From assembly GCA_963662315.1 (NCBI GenBank), contig OY759353.1, forward strand, positions 1,312,001 through 1,376,000: DNA of 64,000 nucleotides, read 5' to 3'. Position numbers and translations under genes: made by a program. How positions within the stretch are numbered: position 1 is the first letter of the stretch; the number at the start of each line of letters is the position of its first letter. The notes beneath the pieces are model-generated. The model had not been told where the DNA came from and did no database searches. It was given only the letters and a program-made list of their open reading frames with translations. Source of the stretch: Geopsychrobacteraceae bacterium. Its GTDB lineage: Bacteria > Desulfobacterota > Desulfuromonadia > Desulfuromonadales > Geopsychrobacteraceae. Positions 57,101 to 64,000 of this stretch are shown piece by piece.

Positions 57101-59869
57101 AGTGGTATTATGAGTAGCCCCTTTGGCATCGCGTGTCGGCGGCACCGCGTAGTAGCCGATTGGATCTTTGCCGGGCGGAGTATCGATATCAACTAGAAAA
57201 TCCTGACTGATGGAAGTATCCTTATCAGTGATTTCCAGATATGTACCGTCTTTAGTTGTCCCGGAAATGACATATCCTGAGTGCTGAATGTAGCCACCGG
57301 CAGCTTCTATAGTTTCTAAAGTTAGGGTAATGGCTTTAGCGTCAACAGGGCTTGCCACAGCGTTACCTGCACCATCAACCAGCTGATAGGTATAAACCAC
57401 TATATTATCCATATCATGGTCAGCCCCCTGTTCGACGTCCTCAAAATTGATGGTAAATACTCCAGCGGTATCCGAAATGCTTTCAATAAAGAAATCAACA
57501 ATCGTATTGGTCGGTCGATTATACCAGGCAGTAGAGGTACCAGCGTTCCCGATAGTTTTTGCAAAAGGCACCAATGAAATAACTTGAGGGTTTGCGGGGT
57601 CACCGAGTTTAAATTCAAAAGACGGTAGTGGAGAAGCAAGGCCAACGGCAAACGTTGAAACTTTGACCTCTTTATCGGCGCCAAAAGACTGTAGATCATT
57701 TTCATGTCCATAATAAGCGACAGAAGCCGAATAATAACTCCCTTTTTTCGTGGGTTCTTCAGGGCACAGGCCACGAATATCACCAAATCCGCCGATATTT
57801 TTTGAACTACATACGCCATCGCTAGCCAGGCCACTCTGACCGATAAATTTATTACCACTAATTCCTTCGAATGTTGAGATATCATCAGCTATATCACCGG
57901 CGTCAAAACCTGAGCCTGGCAGGTCATCACTTATGCCGGAGCCGAAAGCAGATGCCACTCCGGGAAGGTTATCTGAATCGAAAGTAGGATTAATGTCACT
58001 CAGAACCAGCATAAATGGTTTTGAACAATAGGAATGAGTGGCATAGGGGTTACTGAAAGAAGCCTTCGGCAAGCCCATAGAATCATCAGCGGAAGTACCG
58101 CTAAAATTGCTAGTTGCCGTTGTTTTTCCAGAAAAATAGCGCAGTGTCTCGTACATCATTTCAGCGACGGGATTGCCCCAGTCACGACACTTGCCGTTGG
58201 TAAGATCGCCGGTAATCCAACCACAATTGCCGTAGGAACCGCCACCCGATCCGGAGGGGTAGTTGAAGTCGCGAATCCGGAAGGTGTTTATAGTATTAAT
58301 AATTCCATTAGTCGCTGTATTAAACTGCCCTGTTGTTTGCGTTAAAATTTCATCAGTAATCGAGCCAACCTGTTTGCGGAGCACTCCGCCTTGTAGGTTG
58401 TTCTGATAAGTTCCGGACATTAAACCAAAGTACATACGATCGGTTTCGCCGTGTCGCTGTAAAATACCGATTGGCTTATAATTACCATCTGGGTACTGTT
58501 TACAGTTAGACTCAAGACCTACCGCAGGATCACAAACCTTGACCCTCGCTATCAGATCGACAATTGTTGATCCAAGCGATTTAAGAGTGAAGGTAGAAAT
58601 ATCATCAATATATATACCTGTAGCCAGGCCAGTCACTGGATCAGTACTGACCGCAGGAATGATTTCCCATGAATATCCTGAATCGGGACCGTTCCAATGC
58701 AGAAAAAATTCATCCGATCCTGTTGCCTCTTCAAGTCTGAATTCAAAGGTATGAGTTCCGCTTGTCAGGGGCATCGTCACCTGATGAGTGGTACACCCAC
58801 AACGGCCATGCCCGCCGTAATACCCAACGACCTTTTCATTGGCCGTTCCGCCATCGATAATAACCTCTACAGCATCATCCCCATCGACGGCAATTGCGTA
58901 ATTACCAGCAACAGATACGTTAATAGTTCCGGTAAAAATAGCTAAATAATTGCTGCCAAAATCAGTTGTCCCGGTACTGTCAATAGTCGTGAAGGTATTT
59001 GGAATAACAGAAGGCGTAAGCAAATGGTCAGCGTTTGCAAATTTGTTGACGATATCTTCAAATTCGGCATGCGCGCTTGCATCGTCAGGCAGGTCTGTAG
59101 TTGACCCGGGATGCCCAGGGTGAGCAGATATGGTGGTTTCGATAGAGTTATCAACGACCGGCGCAGCTTTAGCGACCCATTTCCAGATCCTTTTGGGGTT
59201 ATTAAGCGCATAACGCAACAAGGGGACATCATCGTAACCGATTAAGTCACCATCGGCATCCAAAGTTGTTGACGCAAACAGATGGCGAAGACCTGCTGTC
59301 GGTACCGAAAACGGGGTATAGTCGGAAATATCATACCCATCCACAGCGATACTGGTATACTCCTTCCCCCAGGAATGAGCATCTTGAGGAATGTAAACCC
59401 GTTCCAATACAGTAGCTGTCTTACTGTCGACGGACCGATACCCGCCATAAAGAACCTTACGCATCGTATCCATACGTGACATGGTGATATAATTGAGAAA
59501 ATCACCACTCCACAAACCAGTTCCGGTACATGTTTTATCGCTGGTTTTGCTGATCGGGTTAAAGCGGCTGTCAGCAGAGCTGTATTCATAACATTTATAA
59601 CTATCAAAATAGCCATAGTAATCAATGTCATCAGGTTTATAACGAATATCGACAACCCCATCTTCATCAAGATCTGAGGCATCGTTATACGCTTCGTAAT
59701 ACAGCTTGTGATTTTTCCCCATAACCAGCATAACCAGGGGGGGAGCGCCAGAAGAGATGAAAGGAGGCAAGGCATTATATTCCGATTGAACTGCTGCATA
59801 GCCAGTAGTGCCTGATAATATAAAAACAACCAGAATCACTGCACATATTATGTTCAGATTTATTTTCAT
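54158..59869 (-). CDS. pilY1: T4P tip adhesin PilY1 (1903 aa) with PA14-like insert
   Basis: Signal peptide; C-terminal beta-propeller motifs WRLGDITYSTP, YAGANDGMLHAF, EMWAYVP, WGTVMVVGMRFGG, ending RSWR. Confidence 0.93.
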   Translation of the reverse strand: MKINLNIICAVILVVFILSGTTGYAAVQSEYNALPPFISSGAPPLVMLVMGKNHKLYYEAYNDASDLDEDGVVDIRYKPDDIDYYGYFDSYKCYEYSSADSRFNPISKTSDKTCTGTGLWSGDFLNYITMSRMDTMRKVLYGGYRSVDSKTATVLERVYIPQDAHSWGKEYTSIAVDGYDISDYTPFSVPTAGLRHLFASTTLDADGDLIGYDDVPLLRYALNNPKRIWKWVAKAAPVVDNSIETTISAHPGHPGSTTDLPDDASAHAEFEDIVNKFANADHLLTPSVIPNTFTTIDSTGTTDFGSNYLAIFTGTINVSVAGNYAIAVDGDDAVEVIIDGGTANEKVVGYYGGHGRCGCTTHQVTMPLTSGTHTFEFRLEEATGSDEFFLHWNGPDSGYSWEIIPAVSTDPVTGLATGIYIDDISTFTLKSLGSTIVDLIARVKVCDPAVGLESNCKQYPDGNYKPIGILQRHGETDRMYFGLMSGTYQNNLQGGVLRKQVGSITDEILTQTTGQFNTATNGIINTINTFRIRDFNYPSGSGGGSYGNCGWITGDLTNGKCRDWGNPVAEMMYETLRYFSGKTTATSNFSGTSADDSMGLPKASFSNPYATHSYCSKPFMLVLSDINPTFDSDNLPGVASAFGSGISDDLPGSGFDAGDIADDISTFEGISGNKFIGQSGLASDGVCSSKNIGGFGDIRGLCPEEPTKKGSYYSASVAYYGHENDLQSFGADKEVKVSTFAVGLASPLPSFEFKLGDPANPQVISLVPFAKTIGNAGTSTAWYNRPTNTIVDFFIESISDTAGVFTINFEDVEQGADHDMDNIVVYTYQLVDGAGNAVASPVDAKAITLTLETIEAAGGYIQHSGYVISGTTKDGTYLEITDKDTSISQDFLVDIDTPPGKDPIGYYAVPPTRDAKGATHNTTIGVLPTKTTRTFWPNSAGAANTAELLKNPLWYAAKWGGFTDSDKNTSDPGYGLPDKQSEWDEDGDNIPDTYFYVTNPLRLEQQLNASFGKILEQAASGTAPSVISNSRTGEGAVYLSTFHPTKNIGTYSLTWSGELNALLIDSYGNLREDSVKDNTLDMWNDYILEYVETALDGIKVNRYADSNGNGEIDAAETVVDQVSPDNLKYLWTSSTWLNSTALDGDITLQRTNYLNLNNRRYIFTWVDANNDGVVDATNEVKDFVAPSLPTDAELVSSSDIYPYLTLYPTFGDKPAAISALPSADFKSFLKAQSQRQINYIRGKDYIDSTGNPEPLSISGSDVSGTEMRPRYFGTGTWRLGDITYSTPTVVGQPAENFHLLYKDQSYAPFVAKYKHRRQMVYAGANDGMLHAFNGGFYDADNVKFWTAYPFADTSGDPPLGAEMWAYVPYNLLPHLYWLTQTTYTEHKHVYYVDQKPRVFDAKIFNPEVECSAKVTDPSYALCHHPNGWGTVMVVGMRFGGGSIIADMDKTDGIVPNPNVDRTMKSAYMIFDITNPEEPPKLLAEIAMPDMGFSTVYPTAFAVNDGDHNGTFDSYNNANPTAGENRWFLVLGSGPADVNGDPGTVSTITGSYDNTILSTAKSMQSAKMYMLDLVKLGQSGSLYSLNSSGALTAGLHVYSEFDASAFLGDPVAVDFQLDYNADNLYFGTVSGTPGNWSGTLRRIIIDDLNDSDNDNDPQNWLWKPTLLKDKTLLMNVGQPVIAGPAVGLDDENRHWVFVGSGRFYTVTDKADLARMSFWGVKEPIDSSSGDKNWNTVSYSDLLNMTDAKVYTSGLVQSSATGANNWDDLLIAQSSAGGWHLEYPLSGERTLGQATLYGGLLTFTSYVPDDDPCQSGGESKLWALYYQSGTAYYSGILGTQADASGDLAISQISLGEGMTTTPSIQTGRSQGSNVLIQSSTGKITKINQKNPLATKSGLRSWRLVD

Positions 59870-59879
59870 TTCCCTCCTC

Positions 59880-60188
59880 CTAACGCAACCGTTCTATTTC
59901 ATAGATACGGGTCCCCTGTACCTTGAAAAGAACAGTATCCCCTAAATGTAACTGATAGACGTTAATACCCTTTTTATAGACGGCACCATCCTTTTTGTAC
60001 TGGCTTAGGATTGGGATATCGGGCATGACGGTATACGTCGTTTCACCGATTGCGATGTGTTGATACTTTTCATTCCATACGGTCCTTGTTATTGAGCCTT
60101 TATTCCACTTGCCAATAGCATAGGCATTACACGTCAACAGCAGGGAGAATATTCCGCCTAAAACAAATATTTTTATCAGATATTTCAT
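59880..60188 (-). CDS. Small secreted protein between pilX and pilY1
   Basis: Signal peptide ending AYA; beta-rich 102 aa; embedded in the operon with 10-25 bp gaps. Confidence 0.75.
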   Translation of the reverse strand: MKYLIKIFVLGGIFSLLLTCNAYAIGKWNKGSITRTVWNEKYQHIAIGETTYTVMPDIPILSQYKKDGAVYKKGINVYQLHLGDTVLFKVQGTRIYEIERLR

Positions 60189-60213
60189 TTTTTACCCCAG
60201 TAATATTTAAGTG

Positions 60214-60795
60214 CTATTTAATGACGTGATTCCATTCGAGGACAACTGTCGATTCGCTATTCACAGGCCCACTATGGCGAGAGCCGATATCATAAAATAT
60301 GACCCCGCCTCCGCTTCCGGCCGCCTTTCCAACCCCTTCGTAGCCAGCAACCATCTGCAAGCCACTGCCAGCCTGAGCACCTGATATGGAACGAACGCTG
60401 ATATCGGTACGAGGGTCGTTACCGACGGCATTATTGGGGAGATAGGCATCGGGATTGGCCCAGTCCATAGGGGTGTTATCATTCAGGTATAAATCGAGAG
60501 TATTGACATGAACACCACCCTGGGTATTAGATTTAAATCCAATGTCCTCAATGTTGCTTTCAACCAGACCGATGCCAACCTGCGCTCCGCCGTCAGCCTG
60601 ATAAAAAGTCTGAGTGGCCACTTTATCATTACCGCTGACCTGCAGCTCAATAGTGGTAGTATTAGTTGCGGCGATCCCAATAATCATCAAGATAACCAGC
60701 ATCATCAAAGAGGTCATCAGAATAAACCCGCGCTCAGTATTGATAATGCTCCGCCCTATGTTCAACTGTTTTTGTATTTGTTTAAATCGCGTCAT
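60214..60795 (-). CDS. pilX: Minor pilin PilX
   Basis: ERG^FILMTSL (no Glu5, typical of PilX), SGN...TFYQADGG. Confidence 0.9.
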   Translation of the reverse strand: MTRFKQIQKQLNIGRSIINTERGFILMTSLMMLVILMIIGIAATNTTTIELQVSGNDKVATQTFYQADGGAQVGIGLVESNIEDIGFKSNTQGGVHVNTLDLYLNDNTPMDWANPDAYLPNNAVGNDPRTDISVRSISGAQAGSGLQMVAGYEGVGKAAGSGGGVIFYDIGSRHSGPVNSESTVVLEWNHVIK

Positions 60796-61246
60796 ATTTC
60801 ACATAATCCATTATAACGGTGGCAGCCCGGTCGGCAGGAGAATCAACACGGACCCGAATCATCTTGGAATTGACTACGGGGTAATCAATAGCAACATTCC
60901 ATGATATCTGGTAGTTGCCAGAAGCAACTGTCTGGTCAGGATTGACCAGGTCATCAAGACCAAAATTATTACCCGGGACATCATCAATACCGTCATTATT
61001 TACGTCATGCCCAGTACCATCACCATCGTCGTCATCAAGCATTGCATCATCGTATGCCAATGATTGAATCTGCTCCACAATATCAGCCCCTACTGAGCTG
61101 GCTTCACTTATCATTCGTGATTTGCTGTTACCACTAATTGCCGATAGCTGCATGGCATTGACGCCAAGAATACCTACCGCAAAAATAACCAAGGCAAACA
61201 TAAGTTCTAACAGAGTAAAACCACGATTATTATCCACAAACATCAT
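60782..61246 (-). CDS. pilV: Minor pilin PilV
   Basis: RG^FTLLELMFALVIFAVGILGVNAMQ. Confidence 0.9.
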   Translation of the reverse strand: MMFVDNNRGFTLLELMFALVIFAVGILGVNAMQLSAISGNSKSRMISEASSVGADIVEQIQSLAYDDAMLDDDDGDGTGHDVNNDGIDDVPGNNFGLDDLVNPDQTVASGNYQISWNVAIDYPVVNSKMIRVRVDSPADRAATVIMDYVKYDAI

Positions 61247-61247
61247 G

Positions 61248-62099
61248 TCATAACCCCATATTGCGACACTTAACGGTCATCTCAACAACGCGATGGCGAC
61301 AATGATCGTTCGTTACATCGCCATCAGCACCAGGAGAAATGCGCTGATTTGCCACCACATAAGTTGTATTTTCCTGATATGCATTATCTCGTGCCCGAGA
61401 CTGAGCTAACAGCCATATTTTTGCCGCAACAATATTATCAGGGCTAATCGGGGTTGCCAAAACAACACCAGCAGCAGCATCGGTAGTATCAATGACACCA
61501 TCAGCATTTGTATCGATGCTAGTATCAAGAAAATTGTCGTTATCTGTATCCACCGCCCAGACAGGGTTACCACCGTTCGTTACAATGTTTCCACTTGCGT
61601 TTGTGTATGAATATGCAAAACCAATAGCAACAATACTCTCCGCAAGTAACTGTCGACCACCTGCACCGACTTCCCGCGCAAGATCGACAATACCATCACG
61701 TTCAGCAGGTGTCATCGCTGGGAACTCAAACAAGCTATAGGAAACCGTTTCATTTGCATCCACGATACCATTACTGTTGAAATCAATTGTCATCTCAAGT
61801 GCTGGATTCCCATTAACATCTGCAACCCCGTTCAGATCACGCGAACGGATGCTTGTAATTGTAAAATTTCCAGTATGCAAAGGATCGAATCCGGCCATGC
61901 GCAAGTCATTAGTCAGAATATCAAGACTGAAGCGAGCATTCTGCTGTATTTCGACAATTTGTTCCTGCACTACGTAACTCGTTTGTTGAGATTGAAAAGC
62001 CGCATAAACCCCTGAAATAATAATTCCAGAAATGGCTAGAGCGATCATCATTTCAACAAGAGAAAACCCTTTGTTCGACGTCTTTAGCAATTTAATCAA
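61248..62099 (-). CDS. pilW: Minor pilin PilW
   Basis: KG^FSLVEMMIAL, QQNARF.LD.L..DLRMAG, C-terminal RN. TTG start at 62099 after GGAGGG. Confidence 0.9.
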   Translation of the reverse strand: MIKLLKTSNKGFSLVEMMIALAISGIIISGVYAAFQSQQTSYVVQEQIVEIQQNARFSLDILTNDLRMAGFDPLHTGNFTITSIRSRDLNGVADVNGNPALEMTIDFNSNGIVDANETVSYSLFEFPAMTPAERDGIVDLAREVGAGGRQLLAESIVAIGFAYSYTNASGNIVTNGGNPVWAVDTDNDNFLDTSIDTNADGVIDTTDAAAGVVLATPISPDNIVAAKIWLLAQSRARDNAYQENTTYVVANQRISPGADGDVTNDHCRHRVVEMTVKCRNMGL

Positions 62100-62631
62100 T
62101 TCGTAACCCTCCAGTAGGAGAAACGAGCACCTCAACCGTAGTGTTTTTATTATTAATAAGGTATACCCGTTCAAATGCGGCTCCGAAATCCGGGCGGCCA
62201 TTCGGCTGAAAAACTATAGTGGGATTCCCAGAAAGGTTATCCGTAAAATCAATACCGTCCCCATCAACATCTTTAGTCGTGTCAAAGATAACCGAACCGG
62301 GTAACGGGGCTCCCAATTGGATAATAGCTTCCCCGGCATCGTAATTATGAGCAGTGGCACCGCTATCTTCATAAATGACATAAGGTTGAGCAACACCATT
62401 CACCACTTCCCCAAAACTCATAGCAACATTGACATGCCGTTTGATCGCTTCACTTTTTGTCCGCACCAAGTCACTATAAATATCGCGTGCAGCTGCACGC
62501 AAACGATAACGGGCCGCCCAATCGACAATATTCGGGGTCGCAATTGCCGACAAAACTCCTAAAATTGCTATAACGACAATCACCTCAATCAAGGTAAACC
62601 CACGCTGATTTTGTGTGTATCTTATTTTCAT
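62092..62631 (-). CDS. Minor pilin FimT/FimU (GspH family)
   Basis: RG^FTLIEVIVVIAILGV...P, RLRAAARDI..DL...KSEAIK, F.PNG, VSPTG. Confidence 0.9.
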   Translation of the reverse strand: MKIRYTQNQRGFTLIEVIVVIAILGVLSAIATPNIVDWAARYRLRAAARDIYSDLVRTKSEAIKRHVNVAMSFGEVVNGVAQPYVIYEDSGATAHNYDAGEAIIQLGAPLPGSVIFDTTKDVDGDGIDFTDNLSGNPTIVFQPNGRPDFGAAFERVYLINNKNTTVEVLVSPTGGLRID

Positions 62632-62760
62632 ACATTCCCCTTTAACATTTTTCGTGCCAATTGGAATTGACCATCGACGAATCGTATCCCTGCGAGATAT
62701 TAACCATAATATCTGATAAAAATCTGCCGCTGTGCAATTTGTGCATACCGATTCTGCAGA

Positions 62761-64000
62761 TCATGCACGATTGGCAGACAATCGGAATAAAATTTTAAAA
62801 ATTGTTCCACCTGATTCCGGACAAATCAAAACTATTCGCCCTCCAAAATCTTCAACGATTCTTTGGCAAACAGAAAGTCCCAGGCCGGTTCCCTGCCCAG
62901 GGGGCTTTGTGGTAAAAAACGGATCAAATATTTTCGCCCGTAAATGCTCAGGAATACCACAACCGTTGTCTTGGATTATACACCACAGCGACTCATCATC
63001 ATGTCCACAAGAAACCCGAATACACCCGGCGGACCGGCAAGCCTGAGCAGCGTTAAGAAGAAGATTAATAAAAACCTGACGTATTTTATCGGGGTTACCC
63101 GTGATGGCTGGAAGACCTGTGATATCAGACATATCAACATCAAGAGTCCCAAATACCCCCTGATGTGCCAAAAGATTCACACAGTATCGCATTTCAGTAT
63201 GTAGAAAGACATCTTTCACATCAGCGCTCTGGGTTGGCCTGGAGAATTCCAACATTTCACGCACCAGCACATCGATGCGTGCGGATTCGTTAAGACAACG
63301 TTGCAACAGATCAAGATCTGAAGGACTCGCCTGACCTTTCAACAATTCAAGGTAACCGATAAGTGCTGCCAGAGGGTTGCCAATCTCATGGGCAACCCCT
63401 GCGGCTAATTGTCCAACAGAAGCAAGCTTTTCACTATGAATCAATTCGTTCCTGATCTGTTGCAATTTCAGGTTTGTATTTTCCAAGGAATGTACATAGT
63501 TAGCTGTCTCAGACTGGCTCTGCCGTAAGGCCGCGATCATTTGATTATAATTTGCAGCCAGGTCAGCAATTTCAGTGGGGCCAGTAACGGGAACAATCGT
63601 GTCCAGATGACCTTCACCTGTTTTTTTAATCGCAGCTAGCAGCATCCTGGCCGGATTAATTATGTTGCGCTTTAGTAACCAAAAGCCAGCCCAACTGACC
63701 ACGCCACCATAAAGAATAATGTAAATCAACATCACCTGCTGAAAATACAGTACCCGCGAACGAATACCGGCCAGGGAAAACTGCAGTTCAATGATACCGG
63801 CAGGTGCTGATTTTCCGGTGACAGGAAGGACTAGAGTCATGGCAGCGTTATCGTTCCAATACAGTGACAACAGCGGCGGGAAAACAACATCCCTATAAAC
63901 ATTTCTTGAAATATTAACCTGTTGCAGATATTTAGACATCTTGACTTCAGGTCCACGCTCCACTTGTTGAAAACTGTCTATTAAGCCAAGTTCATTATTG
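62761..64000 (-). CDS. HAMP-containing sensor histidine kinase (5' end likely beyond the window)
   Basis: TM, HAMP, EKLASVGQLAAGVAHEIGNPL, FDPFFTTK, GTGLGL. The frame has no stop from 63963 up to the window edge. Confidence 0.9.
   Translation of the reverse strand, partial: NNELGLIDSFQQVERGPEVKMSKYLQQVNISRNVYRDVVFPPLLSLYWNDNAAMTLVLPVTGKSAPAGIIELQFSLAGIRSRVLYFQQVMLIYIILYGGVVSWAGFWLLKRNIINPARMLLAAIKKTGEGHLDTIVPVTGPTEIADLAANYNQMIAALRQSQSETANYVHSLENTNLKLQQIRNELIHSEKLASVGQLAAGVAHEIGNPLAALIGYLELLKGQASPSDLDLLQRCLNESARIDVLVREMLEFSRPTQSADVKDVFLHTEMRYCVNLLAHQGVFGTLDVDMSDITGLPAITGNPDKIRQVFINLLLNAAQACRSAGCIRVSCGHDDESLWCIIQDNGCGIPEHLRAKIFDPFFTTKPPGQGTGLGLSVCQRIVEDFGGRIVLICPESGGTIFKILFRLSANRA

Noticed and set aside
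62644..62661. sigma54-like motif TTGGCACGAAAAATGTT upstream of fimT
   Set aside because: The -24 element is perfect but -12 is GT rather than GC, and the implied TSS would fall downstream of the RBS. Possible, but not supported well enough to call.
1..64000. CRISPR arrays, rRNA, transposases, prophage genes, multiheme cytochromes
   Set aside because: No regularly spaced direct repeats, rRNA signatures, transposase/phage motifs or multi-CxxCH proteins were seen by eye.

Overview
Chromosomal window from a Desulfuromonadales-type deltaproteobacterium (Geobacter/Desulfuromonas/Desulfuromusa-like; inferred from gene order and protein similarity). It holds two type IV pilus systems. The first is the start of an MSHA-type operon (mshI1-I2-J-K-L-M, cut at the left edge). 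The second is a near-complete ~30 kb T4aP supercluster on the minus strand: sensor kinase, fimT/U-pilW-pilV-pilX-small protein-pilY1, ribF, aroE, pilB-T-C-S-R, pilA plus a second pilin, an ABC/pilGHI-like module, pilD, an HTH gene, pilMNOPQ, aroB, a TPR gene and an mglC-like gene. Between them lie housekeeping genes (ahpC, xerC, yebC-ruvCAB, queH, ubiB-like, lpxC, ntrY/X-like, tRNA-Leu, mqnA, accBC). Most notable: (1) a decayed HEPN-MNT toxin-antitoxin pair between pilR and the pilA promoter, bracketed by 26-bp inverted repeats with 9-bp internal periodicity; (2) a 763-aa gene after ruvB that looks like a catalytically dead type IIG restriction-modification protein; (3) a divergent c-di-GMP-I-like RNA upstream of a phasin/UbiB operon; (4) tandem paralogous long pilins; (5) a 1903-aa PilY1 with a PA14-like lectin insert; (6) three sigma54 promoters. 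All calls were made by eye, without database searches.
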